From Acidobacteriota bacterium (lineage in GTDB: Bacteria > Acidobacteriota > UBA6911 > RPQK01 > JAJDTT01): a stretch of DNA of 64,000 nt. Numbering within the stretch: position 1 is the first letter of the stretch; each line of letters starts with the position of its first letter. Location of the stretch: the NCBI GenBank assembly GCA_965209055.1, contig OZ242374.1, positions 4,032,001-4,096,000 of the forward strand, given 5' to 3'. A program made the translations under genes and the position numbers. The notes below the pieces were generated by a model. The model was not told the DNA's origin, made no database searches, and saw only the letters and a list, made by a program, of their open reading frames with translations. This document shows, piece by piece, positions 27,574-36,908 of this stretch.

Positions 27574-28563
27574 TTAGAGCTCCGTTCCTATGTGTTGTTC
27601 CTGAATCTCCTGAACGCGAGCGATCGATGACGGGTCAAACTCCAGGCCGGCCGCTTGCAGATTATCCTCCAGCTCGGCGATGGTCATGGCGCCAGGAATG
27701 GTTGTCGCGACCTGGTCCTGGGAGATGCAGTAGCCCAGAGCGGCTTGTGCAGGAGAGCAACCCAGTTTGCGGTGGAGGAAGTGGAAGCGTTCCGAAGCTT
27801 CGACCAGGGACAGATGCCTCTCACGCGGCCAGGTGGATCGAACGTCCGAAGTGGAGTCGAATACCGTATCCTGCGTGAATCGGCCGGTCAGATAGCCGAA
27901 GAAAAAGGGCTCGCGGCAGACGACGCCCACATCCAGTCGTTTGAGTCTGGGGAGGATACGCCGCCGGGCGCTCCAGCTCAGCAGATTGAACCGGAGTTGG
28001 ACGACTTCCACTTCTCCCTCTTCGCAAAGCGGCAGGAAGAAGGATTCGCTCTCCTCGTGGGATGCGGGGAACGAGATCCCGTAGGCGCGAATGATCCCCC
28101 GCCTCTTGAGTTCCTTGAGGGCCGCCAATCCCGAAGGTTGATAGAGGCCGGCTTCGGGGGAGTGCAGCACGTAGACGTCGATGTATTCGGTGCCGAGGCG
28201 CTCCAGGGACTCCTCGTAGTGAGCCATGATGTAGTCGCCCGAGTAGTCGCTGGTATAGCGCTTGTCCTTCAGGAATATTCCCACCTTGGTGGAGACGATG
28301 ACCTCTTCCCGCCGGTTCCGGATGGCCTGTCCCACCAGCCGCTCGGAATGGCCGTCGCCGTACCAGGGGGCCGTGTCCAGGAAGTTGACTCCCTGATCCA
28401 GGGCTTGGCGGAGCATTCGCAACGATTCGGCATCGTCCACCCGGCCGTACCCCGAGATGGTCCCGTCCCGCTCCATGGGCCCCCCGATCCCCCAGCATCC
28501 CAGGCCCACGACCGAAACCTGCATGCCGGTCCTGCCCAGCCGTTTGGTCCTCAGTCGGCTCAT
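27574..28563 (-). CDS. aldo/keto reductase
   Basis: LGRTGMQVSVVGLG, NFLDTAPWYG, STKVG, SLERLGTEYID..LH, IPG. Confidence 0.93.
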   Translation of the reverse strand: MSRLRTKRLGRTGMQVSVVGLGCWGIGGPMERDGTISGYGRVDDAESLRMLRQALDQGVNFLDTAPWYGDGHSERLVGQAIRNRREEVIVSTKVGIFLKDKRYTSDYSGDYIMAHYEESLERLGTEYIDVYVLHSPEAGLYQPSGLAALKELKRRGIIRAYGISFPASHEESESFFLPLCEEGEVEVVQLRFNLLSWSARRRILPRLKRLDVGVVCREPFFFGYLTGRFTQDTVFDSTSDVRSTWPRERHLSLVEASERFHFLHRKLGCSPAQAALGYCISQDQVATTIPGAMTIAELEDNLQAAGLEFDPSSIARVQEIQEQHIGTEL

Positions 28564-28738
28564 GATCCGTAAGTGTAGCAGTCCGGAGCGAAAGTCTCGT
28601 CTCCTGGCGGTGGACACGCGACGGTCTGATCCGGACGCTTCGCGCCGGACCGAATTGAATCGGATGAGCCGCCCAAATAAAATGGGTAACAGCCGTTTGG
28701 GCGGTCGGAACCGGATGACTGTCGGCGGAAAGATCGCG

Positions 28739-30169
28739 ATGAGGACCCGCACACACTTTCCCCTCGGCAGCGCTGAGCGCCCCCTCCGCGTTGCCATCGT
28801 CGGCTCGGGGCCGTCCGGTTTCTACGCCGCCGACGCTCTCTTCAAGCAAAAGGGTGTGCATCTGCGCATCGACATGTTCGAGCGCATGGCCATGCCGTAC
28901 GGGCTGGTTCGTTACGGAGTGGCGCCGGACCACCAGAGCATCAAGCGGGTCATCCGAAGCTACGCGATGACGGCGCGTGACCCTCGGTTCAGGTTCTTCG
29001 GCAACGTTCAGGTGGGGCACGACCTGCCGGTGGAGCAGTTGCGCAAGCACTTCGACCAGGTTGTCTACGCTTTTGGGTGCAGTTCGGACCGGCGGTTGGG
29101 CATCCCGGGGGAGGACCTTCCGGGCAGTCACACGGCGACGGAGTTCGTGGCCTGGTACAACGGGCATCCCGATCACCGCAAGGACCGGTTCGACCTCTCC
29201 GGCAGCCGGGTGGCCGTGGTGGGTGTCGGCAACGTGGCCATGGACGTGACCCGGATTCTGGTCAAGGATCCGGAGGAGCTGGCCTCCACCGACATCGCCC
29301 ACTACGCTCTGGACACCCTGCGCAAGAGCAGAATCAAGGAAGTCCTGGTCCTGGGACGCCGGGGACCGGTCCAGGCCAAGTTCACTCCCAAGGAAATCCA
29401 GGAGATCGGGAGTCTGCCGGACGTGGACGTGATGGTGCGGAAGCGTGACCTGGAGCTGGACGATTATTCTCTGGACGAGATGCGGGCAAAAAAGCCGGCG
29501 CAACGCAACGTGCAGTACATGATGGAGCGGGCCCGGCTGGGGGCCCAAGGGGGGTCGCGCCGCGTCCTCTTGCAGTTTCTTGCTTCGCCGGTAGAGATCC
29601 TCTCCACCAATGGGAGGGTGAGTGCAGTACGGGTCGAGCGAAATCGGCTTCTGGCCGACGAGCAGGGCTGGGTCCGGTCCGTGGGGACGGGAGTCAGCGA
29701 AATCGTCCCCATCGATCTCGTGTTCCGGTCCGTGGGTTACCGCGGTGTGCCCCTTCCGGGAATCCCGTTCGATGATCGTAAAGGGGTCATTCCCAGCGCC
29801 CATGGACGTGTCCTGAACCGCCGCGTTGAAGCGAACGGCACAAGCGAGTACGTCGTGGGTTGGATCAAGCGCGGACCCACCGGGCTCATCGGAACCAACA
29901 AGGGAGATTCGGCGGAAACCGTTCGCAGCATGATGGAGGATGTCCGCGGCAGGGAAGCCCTGCCGCTTTCCGAAGGTGCGGACGAAGCCGTGTCACGCCT
30001 CCTGCTGAAGCAGGGAATTCGGCCGATTCGGTTCTCGGACTGGAGCATCATCGACCGGGAAGAGCAGGAGCGGGGCCGTCGCCGAGGCAAGCTGAGAGAG
30101 AAGATCACCGATCCGACGGAAATCGCCAGTTTGCTGGACGGCCGGCGCCGGCGCGCAGCGGTCGGCTGA
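28739..30169 (+). CDS. adrenodoxin-reductase-like ferredoxin-NADP+ reductase (FprA-like)
   Basis: VAIVGSGPSGFY, GLVRYGVAPDH, FVAWYNGHP, GVGNVAMDV, GWIKRGPTGLIGTN. Confidence 0.9.
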   Translation: MRTRTHFPLGSAERPLRVAIVGSGPSGFYAADALFKQKGVHLRIDMFERMAMPYGLVRYGVAPDHQSIKRVIRSYAMTARDPRFRFFGNVQVGHDLPVEQLRKHFDQVVYAFGCSSDRRLGIPGEDLPGSHTATEFVAWYNGHPDHRKDRFDLSGSRVAVVGVGNVAMDVTRILVKDPEELASTDIAHYALDTLRKSRIKEVLVLGRRGPVQAKFTPKEIQEIGSLPDVDVMVRKRDLELDDYSLDEMRAKKPAQRNVQYMMERARLGAQGGSRRVLLQFLASPVEILSTNGRVSAVRVERNRLLADEQGWVRSVGTGVSEIVPIDLVFRSVGYRGVPLPGIPFDDRKGVIPSAHGRVLNRRVEANGTSEYVVGWIKRGPTGLIGTNKGDSAETVRSMMEDVRGREALPLSEGADEAVSRLLLKQGIRPIRFSDWSIIDREEQERGRRRGKLREKITDPTEIASLLDGRRRRAAVG

Positions 30170-30237
30170 AACGCCGGCAGTTCCGAGGCGGATTTCCCAG
30201 CCGAACAGGCGTTCCCGAAAAAAGAGAGGATGAGGAC

Positions 30238-31329
30238 ATGGGAACCATTCGCCGTCGCGAGTTCGGTCAGGTCCTGGCGGCCACCGGGTTGGGGCTCGCG
30301 ACCGGAACTGCCCGTTCCGAGGCCGCCGGCCGGAAGGAAAACCGCATCCCGCTGGGGTTCGACAACTACTCCATTCGGGCGCTGGAATGGAAGGCGCCGC
30401 GCCTGATCGAGTATGCCGCCGAGCTGGGATTGGACTCCTGCCTGCTCTCGGACCTCTACGTCTACGACAGTCACGAAGAGTCCTATCTCGGCGAAATTCG
30501 GGCGCAGGCGGAAGGCGCCGGCATCCAACTTCACGTCGGGACGGGAAGCATCTGTCCCACCTCTTCCAGTTTCAAGACCGATTTCGGCAGCGCGGAGGAA
30601 CATCTGGCGCTCACCATCCGGATCGCCCGGATTCTGGGGTCGCCGGTGGCCCGCTGCTTCCTGGGCAGCCGCCAGGATCGCCTGGGGCCCGAGGGAATCG
30701 AACCCCACATGAAAAGCACCGTCCAGGTGTTTCGGAAACTGCGGGGCCCGGCGCTGGAAGCGGGAGTCCGCATCGCCATCGAGAACCACGCCGGCGACAT
30801 GCAGGCCCGGGAAACGGTCCGGGTCATCGAAGAGGCGGGGACCGATTTCGTGGGCGCGACGGTGGATTCGGGAAACGCCACCTGGAGTCTGGAAGATCCG
30901 GTCCGAAACCTGGAGATCCTGGGTCCCTACGCCGCCTCCAGCGGCATCCGGGATTCCATGGTCTGGGAGGACGAAGCCGGTGCCCGGGTCCAGTGGGCGG
31001 CGATGGGGGACGGCTGCGTCGACCTGGAGGCCTACATGGATCGGTTCGCCCGGCTCTGTCCCGGCGTCCCGATCCAGCTGGAGACCATTTCCGGGGTGCA
31101 GAGATCCGTTCCCTATCTGGAGCGGGACTTCTGGAATCCGTACCCGGCGGCCCTGGCCCAGGATTTCGCCGCCTTCGTGGCCCTGGCCAGGCGGGGCACG
31201 CCGTTGAAGGCGTTTGCGGTTCCTGAGGACGCCGATGCCCAAGAGGCCACTGCCGCTTTCCAGAAGGCGGAGTTGGAGCGCAGCGTGAGATACTGCAAGG
31301 AGGTCCTGGGGCTGGGTTTGAAGTCATAG
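30238..31329 (+). CDS. Tat-exported sugar phosphate isomerase/epimerase (xylose isomerase-like TIM barrel)
   Basis: RRREF Tat motif; IAIENHAGD, DSGN, MGDGCVD, LE. Confidence 0.85.
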   Translation: MGTIRRREFGQVLAATGLGLATGTARSEAAGRKENRIPLGFDNYSIRALEWKAPRLIEYAAELGLDSCLLSDLYVYDSHEESYLGEIRAQAEGAGIQLHVGTGSICPTSSSFKTDFGSAEEHLALTIRIARILGSPVARCFLGSRQDRLGPEGIEPHMKSTVQVFRKLRGPALEAGVRIAIENHAGDMQARETVRVIEEAGTDFVGATVDSGNATWSLEDPVRNLEILGPYAASSGIRDSMVWEDEAGARVQWAAMGDGCVDLEAYMDRFARLCPGVPIQLETISGVQRSVPYLERDFWNPYPAALAQDFAAFVALARRGTPLKAFAVPEDADAQEATAAFQKAELERSVRYCKEVLGLGLKS

Positions 31330-31349
31330 CTACGGTCCGTCGAGGAGGT

Positions 31350-32543
31350 GTGAACCGGAAAATGCAGATCACCAAAGTCGATTCCTACATCGTGGAAAAT
31401 CCCTGGAATCCCTGGTTTTTCGTGCGAGTGGAGACGGATACGGGGGTCGTCGGCGTCGGCGAGGGGATCGGGTACCACTGGTCCCTGGCGTCCCAAGCCT
31501 ATCTGCGCCAGAACGGGGAGCATCTTTTCCTGGGACGGGACCCCCACGACATCGAGAAGATGGTCCTGGACACCCGCCAGATGCTGGGGATCGATCGGGG
31601 CCTGGGGATGGTGGAGAGGAGCGCTCTTTCCGCCGTGGAGCAGGCCTGCTGGGACATTCTGGGGAAGCACTACGGAGTCCCGGTCTACAAGTTGCTGGGC
31701 GGCAAGGTCCGCGACCGGATCCGCGTCTACGCCAACGGCTGGTACAACGACTTCGACGTCCGTGATGCCGGCCAATGGGCGGCCAAGGCCAAAAAACTGG
31801 TGGATCAGGGCTACACGGCGCTCAAGTTCGATCCTTTCGGGGCCGCCTACCGGCGTCTCGAACCGTCCGAGTTCCGCCTGGCCGTGGACATCGTCGCCGC
31901 GGTTCGCGAGGCCACCGGGCCCGACACGGGTTTGATCGTGGAGGCGCACGCCCGGTTCCATCCCGAAGCCGCGATTCAGTTCGGCAAGGCCATGGAGCCG
32001 TACGACCTGCTCTGGTACGAGGCGCCGACTCTTGGATACCTGGGTCCCGCACCCCTCAAGGAGGTGGCGTCCCGGGTCAATATTCCCATCGGGACCGACG
32101 TGGCCGGTATCAGCGACCTGGTCCAGGCCAGCCAGTACCTGCCCGGCCGGGCGGCCGGCGTCTACCAACCCGACGTGGGTTACTCCAGCGGGATCCTGGA
32201 GGTGAAGAAGATGTCCGCCCTGGCCGACGCCCTGGGTGTTTTCTTCGCTCCCCACATGTCCCTGGGGCCCATCTGCATGGCGGCTTCGATCCAGGTCAGC
32301 TTCACCGCGCCCGCCTTCCTGATCCAGGAGGCGTTCGCCGAATTCGCGTATCCCTCCTGGACCCGGGAACTGGTCACCGGATCAGCCCCCATCCGGGACG
32401 GATACATCGAGTTGCCGGAGAAACCTGGCCTCGGTGTGGAACTCGACGTCTCGGTGGCCCGCCAGCACCCACTTAAGGGAGACCGGGTGATCGATCTCCT
32501 GGCCGAAGGCTGGGAGGGGCGATCGGACGTGTTGAAGGCGTAA
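31350..32543 (+). CDS. mandelate racemase/muconate lactonizing enzyme family (galactonate dehydratase-like)
   Basis: VETDTGVVGVGE, ACWDILGK..GVPVYKLLGG, YANGW, ALKFDPF, QPD, APH, PGLG; start may be 31362. Confidence 0.9.
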   Translation: MNRKMQITKVDSYIVENPWNPWFFVRVETDTGVVGVGEGIGYHWSLASQAYLRQNGEHLFLGRDPHDIEKMVLDTRQMLGIDRGLGMVERSALSAVEQACWDILGKHYGVPVYKLLGGKVRDRIRVYANGWYNDFDVRDAGQWAAKAKKLVDQGYTALKFDPFGAAYRRLEPSEFRLAVDIVAAVREATGPDTGLIVEAHARFHPEAAIQFGKAMEPYDLLWYEAPTLGYLGPAPLKEVASRVNIPIGTDVAGISDLVQASQYLPGRAAGVYQPDVGYSSGILEVKKMSALADALGVFFAPHMSLGPICMAASIQVSFTAPAFLIQEAFAEFAYPSWTRELVTGSAPIRDGYIELPEKPGLGVELDVSVARQHPLKGDRVIDLLAEGWEGRSDVLKA

Positions 32544-32596
32544 CCCTCGGAGGAGCGGAGTTCCGTTTCAAGGTCTAAGGTCGCCAACAGATGCAC

Positions 32597-32809
32597 ATGC
32601 GAATCATAGTGGATATCCCGGACCGTGAACTTAACGACGCTATACGATTCACCGACGCCAAGACTGAATCGGAGGCTGTCGTTCGAGCCGTGGCAGAATT
32701 CAACCGCCTCTCCCGTTTGGTGGAGCTCACCCGATACTCTGGAACCTGTGTTGACTTGATCACGCCGGAAGAACTTCAGACCTCGCGCCGTGCAACGGAC
32801 CACGAATAG
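32597..32809 (+). CDS. orphan DUF2191/VapB-like antitoxin
   Basis: VDIPDRELNDAIRFTDAKT..EAVVRAVAEFNR; no PIN gene follows. Confidence 0.7.
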   Translation: MRIIVDIPDRELNDAIRFTDAKTESEAVVRAVAEFNRLSRLVELTRYSGTCVDLITPEELQTSRRATDHE

Positions 32810-32937
32810 GTCCAACTCCTTGAGGATCCCAACGACCCCACGGACGACGGTATTGCAGGTTTCCTACCTGCTCCTCTTGTTATGATCCCGCAAAGAAAAT
32901 ACAAGGGAACCGGTGTCCAACCAGGCTGAGGATTGAT

Positions 32938-33951
32938 ATGGGGAAGCCATTTCGCACCACGGTGACCGGGAGCTATCCGCGTCCCGTGCAGCCGGAGGAC
33001 ACTCTGCGCAAGCCGGAACTCAGCCGTGAGGAGGCCGATGAGATCATCCGGTGGGCAGTGCGCGACCAGGTCGATGCAGGTCTGGACGTCGTCACCGACG
33101 GCGAGGGCCGGCGCGAGAACATGTACTACTTCGTCCAGAAGCGGGTGGACGGTATCAGCTTCGAAGAGATGACCTACCGGAAGTTCGGGACCGCCGGGTT
33201 CGGAATCGAGTTGGCGCAGGTGGTCGGTCCCCTCTCCAACCCCAGCGTCGGGCTGGCTCACGACTGGCGGGTGGCCCGGGATGCCGCTCCCGCGGGCGTC
33301 GAGGTCAAGATCACCTGCATCGGCCCGCATATGCTGGCGAAATTCTCGGACAACCGCCGGCCGGATCTGTACCCGGACGATTCCGCGCTCGCGGCCGGCT
33401 ACGCCCGGATCCTGAACCAGGAGTTTCGGGAGGCGGTCCGGGCCGGTTGCGAGTTCATCCAGTTCGACGAACCGGCGTGGACCGCATTTCCTGAAGACGC
33501 GGTCTGGGCGGCGCAAACCCTGAAAATTGCCACCGAGGGACTGGGCATACGATTCGGCCTCCACGTCTGCGGAGGGAACGCGTACCGCAAACGGGTCTAT
33601 TTCGCACGCTATACGGACATGGCCGAAGCCTTTCGCGCCGCTCCCGTCGACCAGGTCTCCCTGGAGCACTGCACCCTGGAATACGACATGATGCCTCTCT
33701 GGGAAAAACTGGACTTTCGGGGGGAGTTCGCCGTGGGAGTGCTGGATCAACGAAGTGACGAGATCGAGCCGCCGGAACTGATCGTCGAACGGACCCGGCC
33801 GGCCCTGGAGCATTTCCCTCCCGATCGCCTGCTGTTGGCGTCGGAGTGCGGCTTTCAGCACGTCCCGCTGGAGATCACCCGAAAGAAGCTGAGGACCCTG
33901 GTGGCGGGAGCCGAACGGGCTCGAAGTGTCCTGGTCCGTCCATCCGGCTGA
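32938..33951 (+). CDS. cobalamin-independent methionine synthase catalytic-domain (core MetE-like) protein
   Basis: GSYPRP, QVDAGLDVVTDGEGRR, IQFDEP, HVCGGN, LE, ECGF Zn ligands. Confidence 0.88.
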   Translation: MGKPFRTTVTGSYPRPVQPEDTLRKPELSREEADEIIRWAVRDQVDAGLDVVTDGEGRRENMYYFVQKRVDGISFEEMTYRKFGTAGFGIELAQVVGPLSNPSVGLAHDWRVARDAAPAGVEVKITCIGPHMLAKFSDNRRPDLYPDDSALAAGYARILNQEFREAVRAGCEFIQFDEPAWTAFPEDAVWAAQTLKIATEGLGIRFGLHVCGGNAYRKRVYFARYTDMAEAFRAAPVDQVSLEHCTLEYDMMPLWEKLDFRGEFAVGVLDQRSDEIEPPELIVERTRPALEHFPPDRLLLASECGFQHVPLEITRKKLRTLVAGAERARSVLVRPSG

Positions 33952-33966
33952 GGAGTCGAGATAACC

Positions 33967-35898
33967 GTGGGCACCGTCTTCACACCTCTGGACACCGGCG
34001 TCTTCTTCGCCGCCCTGGCTCTGGTGATGGGCATCGGCCTGTTGGCGTCGCGGCGCGAAAACACGGCGGAGGCCTATTTTCTGGCGGGCCGCAACATCCC
34101 CTGGTGGGGCGTGGCCGGTTCCATCTACGGCAGCAACGTCAGCGCCAATCACATGATCGGGATGATGGGCATTGGCTTCAGCGTCGGTTTCGCCCAGAGC
34201 CACTTCGAGCTGGGAGCCATCGCCGGCCTCATGCTCCTCTGCTACGGGTTCCTCCCGGTCTATCGAAAGTTGAGGATCTACACCCTCTCCGAATACCTGG
34301 AGCGCCGGTACGACCAGCGCAGCCGGGCCGCCTACGCCATCATCCTGGTCATCACCATGGCTGTGGTCCAACTGGTGCCCGCGCTCTACATCGGCGCCCG
34401 TTCGAGTTGCGTGCTCATGGGCGGAGCCGCGCTCGAGGAGATCGGTCCGGAATCGATTCCTGGAGAGTTGCAGGACGGGGAGGCGGGGTCAGCCGGTTCG
34501 TCCGGCGCGCCGGCCAAGTCGAAGCTGGGCGTGAATCGTTTTCACTACAGCGTCTTCGTTCTGATCCTGGCCGCCATCGCCACCAGCTACACCATTTTCG
34601 GGGGACTCAAGGCGGTCATCTGGACGGACGTGATCCAATCGGTCCTGCTGCTGTTGGGCGGCATTTTACTGGCGATCCTCACCTTTGACCGGCTGGGAGG
34701 TTGGAGCGCGCTGATGGACCTGGATCGAGCGGGGGCGGGAAAGATGCACCTCTATCTGCCCAGCGACCATCCGGACCTGCCCTGGACCGGGGTTCTGACC
34801 GGCCTGATGGCTCTGCACATCTTCTATTGGGGAACGAACCAGTTCATCGTCCAGCGTGCGCTGAGCGCCCGGAGCGACTCGCAGGCGCGGCTGGGCATCG
34901 TAGCGGCGGGGTTCCTCAAGTTATTGATCCCCTTCTTTTCCATCGCCAGCGGAGTGGCTGCCTTCTATCTGTTCCAGTCCGAGCTCCCGAATCGTTCCGT
35001 GGCCCCCGACACCGCCTTCACCGAGTTGATCGTTCTGGTGATACAGCCGCTGGGATTCGGGCTCATCGGCGTGATCGCGGCCGGCGCCGTGGGAGCCATC
35101 CTGTCCTCCATCGATTCCATGATGAACTCGGCCGCCACCATCGTCAGCATGGACCTCTACCGCCGGTATCTCAATCCGCAGGCCAGCGACGCCCAGATGA
35201 TCCGGGTGGGACGATGGTCCATCCTGGGGTTTGTCTCCCTCGCCAGCCTGTTCGCGCTTTTCGTCATCGATCCCAACTCGGAGAAGAATTTCTTCCTTCA
35301 GATCGTCGACTACCAGGGCTACCTGACCCCCGGGCTCCTGGTGGTCTTCCTGCTGGGGTTGTTCTGGCGGCGGACGACGCCCACCGCGGCCTTCGTCACC
35401 ATCGTCCTGGGCGTTTTCTATTCCTGGGCCGTGGAGTGGATCTACGTCGCGTACCTGGCGCCATTGCCCGCGGTGGCGGCGGTGACCGGCGAGGTGCTCA
35501 ACTTCTTTCACCGGGTCGTCGCGGTCGTTGTGCTGTGCACGTTGACAGCGGTCCTGGTGAGCCGCTTGGGCAGTTGTCCCGAGGAAAAAGCGAAGCTGAC
35601 CTGGGCTGGAGTGCTCGCCATTTCCCCCGAAGCAGTCAGGAATCTGCTGGCAGGCCTGGTGGCTTGGCTGGGGATCATGGCGGCTCTGGCGGCGGCTGTG
35701 GCCGGCGGCGGACTGTCCCCGGTAGCGGCGGCCCTTCTCGGTTCGGTCCTGACCCTGGGGATGTTCTGGTTGCTGCTGAGGCGCCGGGCCCGGAGCCGAG
35801 GGCCCGTGAACCTGGTGTCCTGGGCCGTTCGCCAAGACCGATGTTGGGCCGGTTGCCTCTGCGCGGCCGCCGTCTTCTTCCTCTTCTATTTTTATTGA
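33967..35898 (+). CDS. sodium:solute symporter
   Basis: YFLAGR, SNVSA, EYLERRY, GGLKAVIWTD, YWGTNQFIVQRAL, SSIDSMMNS. Confidence 0.93.
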   Translation: MGTVFTPLDTGVFFAALALVMGIGLLASRRENTAEAYFLAGRNIPWWGVAGSIYGSNVSANHMIGMMGIGFSVGFAQSHFELGAIAGLMLLCYGFLPVYRKLRIYTLSEYLERRYDQRSRAAYAIILVITMAVVQLVPALYIGARSSCVLMGGAALEEIGPESIPGELQDGEAGSAGSSGAPAKSKLGVNRFHYSVFVLILAAIATSYTIFGGLKAVIWTDVIQSVLLLLGGILLAILTFDRLGGWSALMDLDRAGAGKMHLYLPSDHPDLPWTGVLTGLMALHIFYWGTNQFIVQRALSARSDSQARLGIVAAGFLKLLIPFFSIASGVAAFYLFQSELPNRSVAPDTAFTELIVLVIQPLGFGLIGVIAAGAVGAILSSIDSMMNSAATIVSMDLYRRYLNPQASDAQMIRVGRWSILGFVSLASLFALFVIDPNSEKNFFLQIVDYQGYLTPGLLVVFLLGLFWRRTTPTAAFVTIVLGVFYSWAVEWIYVAYLAPLPAVAAVTGEVLNFFHRVVAVVVLCTLTAVLVSRLGSCPEEKAKLTWAGVLAISPEAVRNLLAGLVAWLGIMAALAAAVAGGGLSPVAAALLGSVLTLGMFWLLLRRRARSRGPVNLVSWAVRQDRCWAGCLCAAAVFFLFYFY

Positions 35899-35906
35899 CC
35901 AGGAGC

Positions 35907-36016
35907 GGGGCGGCGGTTTCCCAACCGCCGATTCTCCCAGGGGCGGCGGTTTCCCAACCGCCGATTCTTAGACCGTCAAGGACCGCTGCGCACGGGCGGT
36001 TGGAAATCGCCGCTCC
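35907..36016. repeat. REP-like cluster, probable bidirectional terminator
   Basis: 29-bp GGGGCGGCGGTTTCCCAACCGCCGATTCT at 35907-35935 and 35940-35968, plus inverted GGGCGGTTGGAAATCGCCGCTCC at 35994-36016; lies between convergent genes. Confidence 0.8.
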
Positions 36017-36033
36017 GCACGCTTTCCCCGGCT

Positions 36034-36861
36034 TCACCCCTTGGTCTGTTTCCGGACGGCCCTCCGGACGCCGGCCCGGAGCAGGGACGGAAACAGGAGT
36101 TTGACCAGAGGGAGGAATCCCATGGCCTTGGGGATGTAGAGGTTCCCTCCCGGTCCCGGAAGCGCTCCTACGATTCGGCGCGAACACTCGCGGACGCTCA
36201 CGCCACGCTCCCGCCGGGACCGATGCGAGGCGGAGCCCAGGGGTGACCCGTCGGCCGAGAGGGCGTGAGCCCGGAGCCGGGTGCTCCGGATCCATCCCGG
36301 CATCACGTTCAGAATGCGGACCTGGCCGTGCAACTCGGTCCGCAACGTTTCCAGGAGACCGTCCAGGGCGTGCTTGCTGGCGGTGTAGCCGCTGTGAAAC
36401 GGCACGCCCACCCGGCCCTGGACGGAGGAGATGGCCACGATCATGCCGTGTTGCTCCTTCAAGGCCGGTAGCGCGGGATGGATGCAGTGGACGGCCCCCA
36501 GGTAGTTCACTTCCATGAGCGTTCTGTAAATCTCGACGTTGCGAACCTGGTCGAAGAGGGTCCACATGCTCACGCCGGCGCTGAGGATGAGATAGTCCAG
36601 GGCTCCGAATTCGCCGGTCACCTTCGAGACCATTTCGCGGCACTGCCGGGCGTCGGTGACGTCGGTGGGGACAACGAGGCAGCCGGCTCCGGCTCGCCGG
36701 ACTCCGGCGGCCGTTTCCTGGAGCGAATGCTCCGAGCGGGAACCCAATCCCAGGTTCATTCCCTGGGCGGCCAGATCAAGAGCCAGTCTCTTCCCCAGGC
36801 CGGAGGAGGCGCCGGTGATGAGTCCCGTCTTGCCGTGGAATTTGGATTTTCCTTTTGGCAT
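36034..36861 (-). CDS. SDR oxidoreductase, DHRS7B-like
   Basis: ITGASSGLG, VNYLG, AISSVQG, YTASK (YxxxK), PGW. Confidence 0.9.
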   Translation of the reverse strand: MPKGKSKFHGKTGLITGASSGLGKRLALDLAAQGMNLGLGSRSEHSLQETAAGVRRAGAGCLVVPTDVTDARQCREMVSKVTGEFGALDYLILSAGVSMWTLFDQVRNVEIYRTLMEVNYLGAVHCIHPALPALKEQHGMIVAISSVQGRVGVPFHSGYTASKHALDGLLETLRTELHGQVRILNVMPGWIRSTRLRAHALSADGSPLGSASHRSRRERGVSVRECSRRIVGALPGPGGNLYIPKAMGFLPLVKLLFPSLLRAGVRRAVRKQTKG

Positions 36862-36908
36862 GGATCAAGTCGTGAGGTATCTCGTCCCGGCTGCGCGCGG
36901 GTGGGCAC

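Noticed and set aside
35907-35968. Tandem 29-bp palindromic repeats as a mini CRISPR array
   Set aside because: Only two units with a 4-nt spacer, related inverted copies nearby and at 22.5 kb, and no cas genes; fits REP
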